Position numbers and translations under genes: made by a program. Under the pieces are notes generated by a model that had not been told where the DNA came from, ran no database searches, and saw nothing but the letters and a program-made list of their open reading frames with translations. DNA of 64,000 bases from the NCBI RefSeq assembly GCF_039654945.1, contig NW_027361692.1, positions 24,490,001 to 24,554,000 of the forward strand, read 5' to 3'. The stretch is from Dendrobates tinctorius (taxonomy: Eukaryota). Of the stretch, positions 1 through 10,815 are shown one piece after another. Position 1 is the first letter of the stretch. Every line of letters begins with the position of its first letter.

Positions 1-175
1 AAAATGGACGCCTGCACACGTCACAGAGTGAACTATTTCGCCATCAACGTTCGATTTGTTTGTTTGTGACAAAAAGAAAATTGTTACCAAGACACTGGCA
101 GTAAAAGATAGTAAAGCTCATCACAGCAGCCAGTTTCTCCAGGCCTTAGTGGAAAAAGTTGTGCAAGATTATGAA
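1..175 (+). mobile_element. Decayed hAT-like transposase fragment
   Basis: Translates as KMDACTRHRVNYFAINVRFV, then after a frameshift KIVTKTLAVKDSKAHHSSQFLQALVEKVVQDYE; resembles the first catalytic-Asp region of hAT transposases. Confidence 0.45.
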
Positions 176-486
176 CGTAAAAAAAAAAAAAAAGAATAGT
201 TTCTGCGTGAGCCCTGGCAGATGACGCCGGGAGTCCATATATGTCACGGTAAAACTGACCTGCTAATACGAGTCTCCAGGTCAGTACGAGTATGCAGATA
301 TCAAACATGTATAGTGTTTTGTTTTTTTTAATTTAGGGGATGAAAAAAACTCAGAAATTTGTATTAAAAAACAAACTTGTTCTTGTCTCCATTTTAAATA
401 AGCCATCAAGTGTGGAGAAAGACAGATACACTAGGGATAATATTGAAAGTTTCACAATTTTCAAACTTTTAATTTTGATGTTCTTA

Positions 487-566
487 AACCTCTCGTGCGT
501 TTCCTGTCCCTAGAGGATGAGTAGGATTACCTCCTGTCATGCTGTCATGAGGGACGTCCTGGAAAA
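487..566 (-). mobile_element. DIRS-like terminal repeat fragment (similar copy at ~4330-4400)
   Basis: Shares tttcctgtcc.tagaggatgagta.ga.tacctcctgtcatgc with 4341-4400; the reverse complement starts TTT and contains catgacagca, like the DIRS termini elsewhere in the window. Confidence 0.4.
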
Positions 567-1266
567 ATTACATTTTTTCCAATAAAACATTGTTTTAAAC
601 CCACATTTTCACAAGGGAAAGTAGGTAAAAATGTCTAGAAGACCTAGTAAGGTCGAAACGCGTAGTCTGCATGCATAAAGCAGCAGTGTGCCCTTTTTCT
701 TCTGACCCCCTGTATACATTTGGGTTTCTGCCACATAGAACTATTTTAAAAGATAAAAATAAAATGGATTTTATGGCCAAATAGGAAGCATCCGCTGGAA
801 TTATTTGCTGGTTTTTGTTTGTATAGTACTGTGTGGCCACACAGCGATATTCAGTAGGGAAGGAGCTCTATTTGACTTTTGGAGCACAGACTTTCCTGGA
901 ATCATTTGCAGACTCCATATACAGATACCCTAAGTGCCAGAAGAGCAGAAACCTCCCTCAGTTTACCCCAATTTGGAACTTACACCACTCCAGGAATCCA
1001 TCGACAGGTGTAGTGATGATTTTGACTCCATGGACGTTTTCCAGAAACAAACCGCAATAGACGTTGCAAAGTAAAAATTCCAAAGTAAAAATTGCAAATA
1101 TGGTACTGTAGTACCCGTACATTGTACTGTCCTCACATTGTGCCCAGCTAGTGCTTCTGGAGACATGCACCCCATAATTTAAGTGAGCTCTAATCACTAC
1201 AGAAAATGCCAAACATGTGAACGCTACGGCATTTTAACTACGGTAATAAATAAAGCAGCACTAACG

Positions 1267-2051
1267 CTATAGCATGAAAACATGAAACCTATAAAATTTG
1301 AATGACATTATTGCTCTAGAAAATAGGAAAAAATAAAGATACTTCACAGATAATTTGGACAATTCATGCATGCCAAGCAGTCACTGCAAATGACCTTCTT
1401 TGCTGGGAACCCATCCTAATGCGATTACTCTCCTGGGCTGAAGCCTACATTTATATGGGTAGGTAGGATCCTGCTGTAATTAAAACTGCCACGGGCTGAT
1501 GGGTGGAGTGCTCAATCAGAAAGACTATGTATAAATAGGCTCTCTGACTGACTGGAAGGGACGGTCAGTCTTTTAGGCTGTGTGCCAACGTTGCGTTTTT
1601 GAAGCGTTTGTGCCAGATCAGATGCTTCAGAAACGCTTTAAATAAGCTTCCCATTCAATTTAATGCATTTTGGGCTTTTTGTGCTAATGCATGCTCAGAA
1701 AACGCTTAGTTGCTAAAAAACGCGCATTTTCTGGGAAGGAGTCTGTTTTTTTGAGCGTTTTAAAACGCTAACGTGGCCACATAGCCTTAATATTTATACA
1801 TCGGCTCTTTGACTGAGCACTCCATCCATAAGCCCGTGGCGGTTTTGATCATAGCCATACTATCTACCCATATAAAATGTAGTCTTCAGTCCAGGAGAGG
1901 AATCACATTAGGCTAGGTTCCCAGCAAACAAGGTAGCCTTTCAGTGGCTGCTGGGAATGCATGAATTGACCAAATTATGTGACAAGTATCTTTTTTTTCA
2001 TATTCTCTAGAGCAGTAATGCAATTTAAATGTCACGTTTACATGATATAGC
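1267..2051. mobile_element. Long palindromic non-autonomous DNA element (MITE-like) carrying a nested MITE
   Basis: Left arm (gctatagcatg...aagatact...attcatgcat...) is the imperfect reverse complement of the right arm (...atgcatgaat...agtatctt...catgatatagc). Confidence 0.6.
1576..1786. mobile_element. PIF/Harbinger-type MITE
   Basis: TIRs ggctgtgtgccaacgtt / aacgtggccacatagcc flanked by TTA on both sides. Confidence 0.7.
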
Positions 2052-2382
2052 ACTACAGAGTGCAACTTTATGTTAGTTATGTATGAAGATGGCAACTATT
2101 AGTATACACCTGTACACAACAGTTTTCTGTTTGGAAGTAACGGTCAGTCTTAATATTGCTACCGCACACTGTGGTGCTCAAGAGGAAGGGGAATTTCAAA
2201 GCGCAAATTTCAATGGATTTCTTTTGAAGGGAGCAATGTCACTTTTCTAGAGCCTTTGTTTCTACTGGGAATCTTCTCCATATATTTCTGTTAACACATG
2301 TTGGACCTGAGTGGGTTGAGTTTTGTGTGGGTAGAATAGAAGCTTTTATTGGAGTAATTTTTGGGTCCAGAACATTTTGTAT

Positions 2383-3212
2383 TAGTTCACATTTATCTTG
2401 TGCACTACACTAACATAGTAACATAGTTTTGAAGGCTGAGGGAAGACCTTATGTCCATCTAGTTCAGCCTATTTTTAGTGCAGCTGTTCTGCATTGTTGA
2501 TCCTGGGGAAGGCAAAAAACCCACAGAGTAGAAGCCAATTTTCTCCATAGGGAAAAAAAATTCCTTCCCCTAAGCTGGGTCAACTATTTACCTATAATAT
2601 TCTGTTATTCGTAACCTTCTATACTGTTACTCATAAGAAAAGCATCCATTCCTTTCTTATATTCATTCAGTGAGTTGGCCATCACCACTTCCTCAGGAAG
2701 AGAATTCCAGAGCCTCACTGCTATTATCGTGAAGAACCCTCTTCTATGCTGGTGCAGAAATTGTCTTTCCTCCAAACGAAGAGAATGCCCCCTTGTTCTT
2801 GTCACAGTCCTTGGTACAAACAGTTCATTGGAGAGATCTCTGTTTTGCCCTCTGAGCACTTACATCAGGGTTTCCATTTAAATCTACGAAATATGTGATT
2901 CAGATGAAACCCCAGAAGGATCTATTCACTAATGAGGCAGCATAGACACTCTGGAGTCTATGTGGCTTCTGTTTGACGGTATCCGGCTTTTCAGAGATGC
3001 AATAAATTGCGGTCGACTGTACTTTTATGCACACCTAAAAAAGACTGACAACGCTGTATCATAGGCCAGACTGCATCCACGATGTCTCCATCTGCCACAT
3101 TATAGGGAATCTTATGCTGGGTGTTCCATCTGAATCAAGTATTTCACAGATTTACACGTAAACCCCTGTGTAAGCGCTCAGCGTAGAGCGCAGGATAAAT
3201 GCGAGCCTAGCC
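2383..3212. mobile_element. MITE interrupted by a CR1 fragment (related copy at ~13241-14410)
   Basis: The left TIR (gttcacatttatcttgtgcactacact / gagcacttac) is split by the CR1 insertion; the right TIR is gtaagcgctcagcgtagagcgcaggataaatgcgagcctagcc. Confidence 0.6.
2411..2851 (-). mobile_element. 5'-truncated CR1 LINE (ORF2 C-terminus plus 3' tail)
   Basis: ORF 2605-2859 has RTRGHSLRL...FFT..AVRLWNSLPEEVV..NSLNEYKKGMD, the typical CR1 ORF2 end; the tail reads (CTATGTTA)2 on the minus strand. Confidence 0.85.
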
Positions 3213-3429
3213 TTACTGCGATCTTTGGCAGGAAGAATGAACAAATCAACTGCAGGTGAAGAATTGTTTTTATTTTTTATGCCGTTCACTGTGCGGTATA
3301 TTTAACTAGACAACTTTTTTCTTCCGGTCTGTGCAATTACAGCGATACCAGATTTATTTATTTTTTTTTTTTTTTTTTAATGTATGGCTGCTGTCACACA
3401 CTAAAAAAAAATTTTTTTTTTCATATTTC

Positions 3430-3870
3430 TGCCAACAGTCAAGTGAGGGATTGAGTGGAGAAAGGAGCCTACCGTGCCTTGACAAGGAAAACACAAATCA
3501 TCCAGAGCTACCACAAACCTCAGCCTTTCATGAGTGTAGTAAACTCAGTTTAGACATTTATTCTCGATCAAACAGTCCCTAGCACTCACCACGGAGTAAT
3601 AAAATGTATTTTCCACCTCTCCCCATTCCTCCTCAGTCAAGTCCAGTAGATCTGCCCCCTATTTCATGTAAGGCTTGACAACAGACGACTGGAGAAGTAA
3701 ATATGCTTGTGTTGGGGTTTAAGTAAATCAGAGGTCCCAAGAACCGCTCCAATTTTGGAAAGCCTAGCGACACTGGTGCTTTCCCAAACTATGCATGCAC
3801 TGTATGACGAAGTTGTATGTATAGGAACTTAGTGGGGTAGCCGGAATCCCATAGCTAGCTTGGAGATCTT
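3430..3870 (-). mobile_element. Decayed L1/Tx1-like LINE ORF2 3' fragment
   Basis: Minus strand reads FLYIQLRH, resembling the F.YLQLRH motif of vertebrate L1/Tx1 ORF2; lies near the endonuclease fragment at 4400-4990. Confidence 0.4.
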
Positions 3871-4399
3871 TACTGTGTCAGCACCCCCATAGCCTTTTCT
3901 TGTGTTCCTGGTTGGAACGTACGCTGCACCGCCCAGATCGGAAGTACCCCTCTAAACCGAACGTGCGCTCCATTTTGGAACGCACGTGCGTCATCGGAAG
4001 GCGTCCCTGGCTGGAAATGCATTCCATGCTGGAACGCACGCCAGTATGAGCGACCAGAAGTCCAGCGGCTGGCAGCAGCGTGGAGCCGAGAGCCCTCCAG
4101 AGAGGGAAGCAGCGTAGCCGGGAACTCCATCCTGCTCCACTGACAGGCTGAGAGACCCGCGCCCAGTGAGGTATCAGCTGCGGAGCCTCTTGACAGCGTG
4201 AAAGGAAGAGATCTAGTCCCCTCTGATCCCACCGAGCTCCTCCGGTAAGTTCTTCGTTCTCTTTCTCTTGCTGTGATCTGTCCTGCTAGGGACAGGAAAA
4301 ACACTTAGGGTGAGGTGGAAGGGGCTTTTAACCTCGTGTGTTTCCTGTCCTTAGAGGATGAGTACGACTACCTCCTGTCATGCGGGACATCCTGGGGAA

Positions 4400-4990
4400 A
4401 GGACTTTGCATAGTTGAATAATAAGAAAACACCTGTTTTTCGGCATAAACCCAATGCCATAATAAGTTAATTGATGAGCTGAACACGAGGGATTTAACTA
4501 TATAGAATGCTGTGTCCAGACCACCCGTACGGTCTATAGTTGCATTAGGAACTTTATTAAAGTCACCCAACGCATAAATATAGGGCTAACCAGAAAAGAC
4601 ACATCCTTTTGGAAAATCAATTCCAAAAAAGCAGAGTCAAAAGGTGGGGGTACGTAAACATTAACCAGTACAAAAGAAAAGTTACCTAGTGTGCAGTGTA
4701 CCATAATATACCCCACAAAATGATGACATGCAACCTGTGTAATTTCAAGTGGGAGGAATTTGGTCACTAAAACAGAGACCCCCTGCATATAGTTAAAATA
4801 AGTGGTATAGTAACTTGTAACAATCCAGGCTCTTGTTAGGGCTAGAATCTTCTGGCCTGCGAGAGGCGTCTCCAGTGCAAATGATATGTGGCACTTGTTT
4901 CTTAACAAAATTCATTACAATGGCCCTTAAATTTGGAACTAAGCCCTCTCATAATCCAGCAGAGCACAATAAGGGTCGTCATCTCAAACC
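4400..4990 (-). mobile_element. Decayed L1/Tx1 LINE AP-endonuclease fragment
   Basis: Frameshifted ORFs contain GVSVLV, LVNVYVPP and GDFN motifs of the LINE APE domain. Confidence 0.7.
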
Positions 4991-5197
4991 ATTGAAAACG
5001 TATCTGACCCAGACATTACCACAGTCTGAGTGAATGAAAGGAGGAAAATTGGGAGAGGATCAGAACCCGAAGCAACCCCCATACACACTATGAACACACA
5101 TCACACCACTCAGAAAACCATGTGTAATTATCAACAGCATTCCCCAACAAGTAACAAGGAATAACATTATTCTTGTTGTACCCTGTCTAACACTTAA

Positions 5198-5560
5198 GGT
5201 ACTGTCACACTTAGCGATGTACCAGCGATCCCGACCAGCGATATGACGCGGTCAGTATCGCTGGTACATCACTAAGTGGTCGCTAGTGAGCTGCCACACA
5301 GGCAGATCTCACTAGCGACATCGCTGGGGACGGGGGTCGCTACTTACCTGTCACACCAGGCGATCCTGCGTCCTCCCGCCCGGCTCCACGCGTCGCTCGT
5401 CGTCACAGCAGGAAGCTGACGACGAGAAATAGTCCAGCCTGTTCTCGCGCGATAAGCAGCGGGGGAGCGGGTTGTAGGTAAGTATCACACACAGCGATAT
5501 CGCTATAACGTCACAAGTTATAGCGATATTGCTAGCGATATCGCTTAGTGTGACAGTACC
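5198..5560. mobile_element. MITE (TWA/TTAA-flanked)
   Basis: Perfect TIR ggtactgtcacact / agtgtgacagtacc with TTAA on each side; internal agcgat/atcgct repeats. Confidence 0.8.
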
Positions 5561-5874
5561 TTAAGTAGCATAGACAAATCCTAAACACTATCTGACTACA
5601 GCTTTTCAGCAAAACCTGGGAACAAACACGTACAGAGAAAAAATATATATTTTATAACTGTGAAGGCACAGTGCTAATTACTGGGTGACTAGTCAGGGGG
5701 GAGTTGTTTTCCCAGACTAATCAAGTCCTTGGGTTTGAGTAGTATGATTTGCAAGAGAGGTGTCACTGCTGGCTCTTTGCAAATCTTTTCCTCCCTGGCA
5801 ACGCACTGTAAGCTGGGTGCACACACCATGGCTTCATAGGCGCACTGCACATGCCAAGAGGAGCAGCAATGACT

Positions 5875-6072
5875 TAATAATAATAATAATAATAATATTA
5901 ATCTTTATTTTTATATAGCGCTAACATATTCCGCAGCGCTTTACAGTTTGCACACATTATCATCACTGTCCCCGATGAGGCTCACAATCTAAATTCCCTA
6001 TCAGTATGTCTTTAGAGTGTGGGAGGAAACCGGAGTACCCGGAGGAAACCCACGCAAACACGGGGAGAACAT
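5875..6072 (-). mobile_element. V-SINE-like element with L2-type 3' tail (fragments also at 28950-29045 and ~63940-64000)
   Basis: Minus strand has tgttctccccgtgtttgcgtgggtttcctccgggtactccggtttcctcccaca (V-domain-like), followed by tgtaaagcgctgcgg...gcgctatata and a simple tri-nucleotide repeat. Confidence 0.7.
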
Positions 6073-6380
6073 GGGGAAAACACGGGGACTTAAGAACGCC
6101 AATGAAGCCAGGGTGCATCCACCCTGTGTAAAGACTTGCTGTGTCCTGCATCACCGAAGCCTCTCCGGTCATGTGTGGTGGTGCGCCGCCGATGAAGCCG
6201 GGGAGTGGACACCTGACTGACTGCATATTGTCAGGAAGGCAGAGATTTGCAAATCACTCATACCCACAGGGGCATGAGAACATGATTATATGCCTGCAAA
6301 TCTTAAATAATTGTAGACATCAATAACAAGATTTAGAGACCACATCCTGGAAAGAAAACATTACATTAAAAGTAACTCAC

Positions 6381-6531
6381 GTTTAAGTCTCTCAATGGCG
6401 AAGGTCTCAAACTCTGTAAGAGAAATGTTTTCGGCTGGCGGAAGCTGATAGAACTGAAGACTGAACAGGTACTGATCCCCCTTCCTAGCGCCAGTTAATC
6501 TCTGGTGTCTCAGACTCCTGGTGAACTGCAT
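6381..6531 (-). CDS. PRIM2: DNA primase large subunit, first coding exon (exon 6381-6571 including 5'UTR); the gene continues left beyond the window
   Basis: MQFTRSLRHQRLTGARKGDQYLFSLQFYQLPPAENISLTEFETFAIERLK matches the PRIM2 N-terminus (LQFY..PP.ENISL.EFE..AI.R.K). Acceptor ttttcag precedes 6571 and a phase-1 donor gtgagt follows 6381. RAB23 is the expected neighbour. Confidence 0.93.
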
Positions 6532-6829
6532 TTTCAAGTTCAATGAAAGAGTGTTATTAACCAACGAAACCCTGAAAATTCACAAAGAAAACTCGTTAAA
6601 CGATGTTCATTGTGTAGCTTAACAAAATAGTAATGGCAATCTGTAGGACGTGTATATAGGGATCATGTCCTCCCATCCCTCAGAGCTCCAAGGAACAGAA
6701 CACAACAATCCAGAACTGGTCTCACTAGATCTCCATACTCTGATGATCACTGCTCCCTATCGTCCACCTCTAGTTATACAGCCAGATCCCATAGGAGTAA
6801 ACAGACCTGGACCTGTAGTCTGTGAGCAC

Positions 6830-7080
6830 CTGAGGAATAACGCACGGCAGCGGATAGTGTGAAGACAGGGACGAACCAGTGCAGTATGTCGCGACTCTAG
6901 CGGAGACACCGCGCCGCCTCCTCAGCAGCTGGCACGAATCTCGCGCCGTCAGATTGAACGCGGGAAAAAGGGACACATGACCTAGACGAAAGCAATCGCT
7001 ATGCCGAGCGGATCGAGTTCTTCTCAGCGGAAAGGTTCTCGTACTCCAGCACCGTACGTCCTGCTAGAAGCCCGAGGTGA
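6830..7080 (-). promoter_or_regulatory. PRIM2 CpG-rich promoter and probable non-coding exon 1, with E2F sites
   Basis: Local CpG cluster ~300-450 bp upstream of the first coding exon; TTTTCCCGCG on the minus strand (6959-6968) and TCTCGCGCC (6939-6947). A possible weak donor cag|gtgctc lies at 6830. Confidence 0.6.
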
Positions 7081-7311
7081 GGCAGTGTGATAACTGCTAT
7101 AGCCTGCTCACCTACAGACCCGCCACGTCATCACAGCACGTGACTAGTCACCTGACACTGGACGGGACAGGCATTGTGACAGATCCCAGACATGACAGAT
7201 GGTGGTGGGCTGCGAGGCATTCTATGAAGGATCTGGTGATGTTACCAAGCGTACTAGGGTGGGAGGAGAATTAAAGGGGAGTTCCAATGTATAGGTGGTG
7301 AATGTATGATC

Positions 7312-8665
7312 CCTGGGGTCCCACCAGCCACCACTCCGGGGTCCCCACTACTCCAGAGTCCCACATCACTCCAGGGTCCCCACTACTCCACGGTCCCACC
7401 AACCCCTACTCCGGGTCCCCATCACTCCAGGGTCCCACCAGCCACCACTCCAGGGTCCCCATCACTCCTGGGTTCCACCAGCCACTACTCGGGGGCCCCA
7501 CAACTCCAGGGTCTCACCAGCCCCTACTCTGGTTCCCCCTCACTCCAGGGTCCCACCAGCCGCCACCACTTCGGGGTCCCCACTACTCCACGGTCCCACC
7601 AACCCCTACTCCGGGTCCCCATCACTCCAGGGTCCCACCAGCCACCACTCCAGGGTCCCCATCACTCCTGGGTTCCACCAGCCACTACTCCGGGGCCCCA
7701 CAACTCCAGGGTCTCACCAGCCCCTACTCTGGTTCCCCCTCACTCCAGGGTCCCACCAGCCACTACTCTGGTTCCCCCTCACTCCAGGGTCCCACCAGCC
7801 ACTACTCTGGTTCCCCATCACTCCAGGGTCCCACCAGCCACTACTCTGGTTCCCCATCACTCCAGGGTCCCACCAGCCACTACTCTGGTTCCCCATCACT
7901 CCAGGGTCCCACCAGCCAGTACTCTGGTTCCCCATCACTCCAGGGTCCCACCAGCCAGTACTCTGGTTCCCCATCACTCCAGGGTCCCACCAGCCACCAC
8001 TCCAGGGCCCCCATCACTCCAAAGATCCACCAGCCACCACTCAAGGGTCCCCCTCACTCCTGGGTTCCACTAGCCACTACTCTGGTTCCCCCTCACTCCT
8101 GGGTTCCACTAGCCACTACTCTGGTTCCCCCTCACTCCAGGGTCTCACCAGCCACTACTCTGGTTCCCCATCACTCCAGGGTCTCACCAGTCCCTACTCC
8201 GGGTCCCCACAACTCCAGGGTCTCACCAGCCCCTACTCTGGTTCCCCATCTCTCCAGGGTCCCAACAGCCACTACTCTGGTTCCCCATCACTCCAGGGTC
8301 TCACCAGTCCCTACTCCGGGTCCCCACAACTCCAGGGTCTCACCAGCCACTACTCTGGTTCCCCATCACTCCAGGGTCCCACCAGCCACCACTCCAGGGC
8401 CCCCATCACTCCAAGGATCCACCAGCCACCACTCCAGGGTCTCCATCACTCCTGGGTTCCACTAGCCACTACTCTGGTTCCCCCTCACTCCAGGGTCTCA
8501 CCAGTCCCTACTCCGGGTCCCCACAACTCCAGGGTCCCACCAGCCCCTACTCTGGTTCCCCATCTCTCCAGGGTCCCACCAGCCCCTACTCTGGTTCCCC
8601 ATCTCTCCAGGGTCCCACCAGCCACTACTCTGGTTCCCCATCACTCCAGGGTCCCACCAGCCACC
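7312..8665. repeat. GC-rich minisatellite, ~39-bp unit
   Basis: Unit ccccatcactccagggtcccaccagccactactctggtt repeated roughly 30 times with variants; produces spurious Pro/Ser/His-rich ORFs. Confidence 0.95.
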
Positions 8666-9029
8666 GCCCCAGCACAAGGCCAGTAAGTTATTGGATATAA
8701 TGAGCATTTTGAACTCACAGGTACTACACACAATGGGATAACATTAGGTCTTATTGAAAATCTTCATTTTTTCATGAACCTGTTGCTCTAGACCCATATT
8801 TTTCACTTTTTCAAGAGCTAACATGAATAAGCAGACCCCACAGTGGTTACCCGCTTTCTTGTGAGCATGGAAATACAGAACTTGTAGTCAAAAAATTCTG
8901 TTTGGACCCAAGATGCGGTGCGGAAGGGAAGACGTGACATTTGGTATTTGGAGTGGAAAGTTGACTGGAAAAGATTGCAGACACTGTATTTCATTTTCAT
9001 ATTTTTTTATTTTGTTAGTGTGCAATGGA

Positions 9030-10150
9030 CATGTCTATCATCAGCGTTAGCTATTCTTGAGAAGATTCCACATCGCTGTGAAACAGTGGGTATTGGATCA
9101 AGGAAATGAAAATATCTAGTAAGAAGAGAAAGAGAAAAAGAGAAAATAAGAAAAGGACAAAATATAAAATGCACTAATCACTTGATCTCGATTTTGAGAA
9201 GGAATTGTTCTTTTAGTGCATTATGTGAGGTCGGTCTCATTGTGAGATTTTTTTCTCATGCTATACTATCTTCTTTATTTTTCTTATTGGATTTTGCTAT
9301 TGCTGATTGATTTTCTTTGCCCTATGCATATATTTTTAAAGATTGATATGGTATTATATATGCATTCTCTATCCTTATTCAAACACATTGAAAATCACTT
9401 GTATTATTTGTACCTAATCACGTTATTATATGATGTATTAATTATGGCAACACAATTATTCATTTATTATTAAGCACTTTGGCACTATAATCGGTCACTC
9501 ATAATATAATGATGCTGTATGTGCGCCCCATTGCTTCCATTTCCGGTATGACGCCGCATCTGTGTGACGTGATTGTGACCTGGTACCGGCCCTATTGCGT
9601 GACCGGAAATTGCGTGCCGAGACTGAGGCTTGGAAGGCGGTGGTAGCGCACTTCCGCGTCTCACGCATGTGCACTTTCACATGTAGTAGCGGTCACATGA
9701 CTGCAATGATTCACTATATAAATCGGACCGAGACCGGGATTAAGCCACGCCCCCTGAGGAAGCGACATCCTGTGTACGCGAAACGCGCATTGGGGTTTTT
9801 GACCGGGGTCAGACGGGACTATTGAACACATATGGGTAACTATCTTTTTCCCTTACCATGTTTAATATGATATACATGAGGCGGTATGGTGTTTATTGAC
9901 TATGTGGTAATCATGGCATTTGATATGTTTATTCACTGAATTTCACCTTATTGTCTGGCACATGTTTTGGAAAGATATGAGATTTGCATTGAGCGATATT
10001 ATTGTTTGTGCATGTGTCATCATTTTATCCTGTCCTGTATCTTGTGGTCAATTGTTTGACCCATGGATTTAGTCACATCATAAATAAACCCATGTAACTT
10101 ATATGACATAAATTATGTAACTTTTGTACAACATTTGGTAATGAATAAAA
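9030..10150 (+). mobile_element. Probable Penelope-like element 3' end / pseudo-LTR remnant
   Basis: AT-rich tract, then a CpG-rich segment with ccggaa motifs and a TATATAAA, followed by a minimal hammerhead-like motif at 9750-9795. Confidence 0.45.
9750..9795 (+). ncRNA. Minimal type-I hammerhead ribozyme-like motif (probably mutated)
   Basis: cccc-CTGAGGA-a-gcg..cgc-GAAA-cgcgcatt-gggg: stem I cccc/gggg, stem II gcg/cgc, near-palindromic stem III with one substitution at the cleavage triplet. Confidence 0.6.
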
Positions 10151-10815
10151 TTTTAAAAATACTTTTTGGCAACAAATGCTCTTTTTTCTCCTTGTTTGTT
10201 TTTACTGTATTTCATTTGCTGAGTCCCTGAGGTGCCAAAACAACAGAAACTCCCCAAAAGTGACCCCATTTTGGAAACGTGACCCATCAAGGAATTAAGG
10301 TAGGGGGGTGTTGAGTTTGTTACCCCTAGGTGCTTCACAGAACATTTTAAAATGTGGATGTGAAATGAAAAAAAAATTCTGCTAAATGTTTTTAGCTCCA
10401 AATTTGTAATTTTCACCAAATTTAAAATGTAAAAATGTAATTTTTGTATTTGCTGCAAACTTGTCAGGTACACAAGGGTTAATAGGTCAAACTAGTCCCC
10501 ACAATTTATTGCGCAACTTCTCCCCAACGCAGTGCTGCCCCACATGTTGTCAGAGGCTACTGTTTGGCAAGTCAGGGATGAGAAGGAAGGAGCGCTATTT
10601 GGCTTTTATAGCACAGATTTTGCTAGAATAGTTTGCAGGTGACATTTGTGGAGCTCCGAAGGTGCCAGGACAGCAGAAAAACCTCCAAATTGACCCCATT
10701 GTAGAAACCGCACCTCTCAATGTATTAATCCAGAGCTGCAGTGACTATTTTGTAACATCCACGCCAGGCTGTATTCTGGATAACTGCAAATCCGCCAGGC
10801 TAGTACCCATACATT

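Noticed and set aside
7302-8465. 387-aa and 255-aa Pro/Ser/His-rich ORFs
   Set aside because: Products of a 39-bp (multiple of three) minisatellite open in several frames; no splice or domain evidence.
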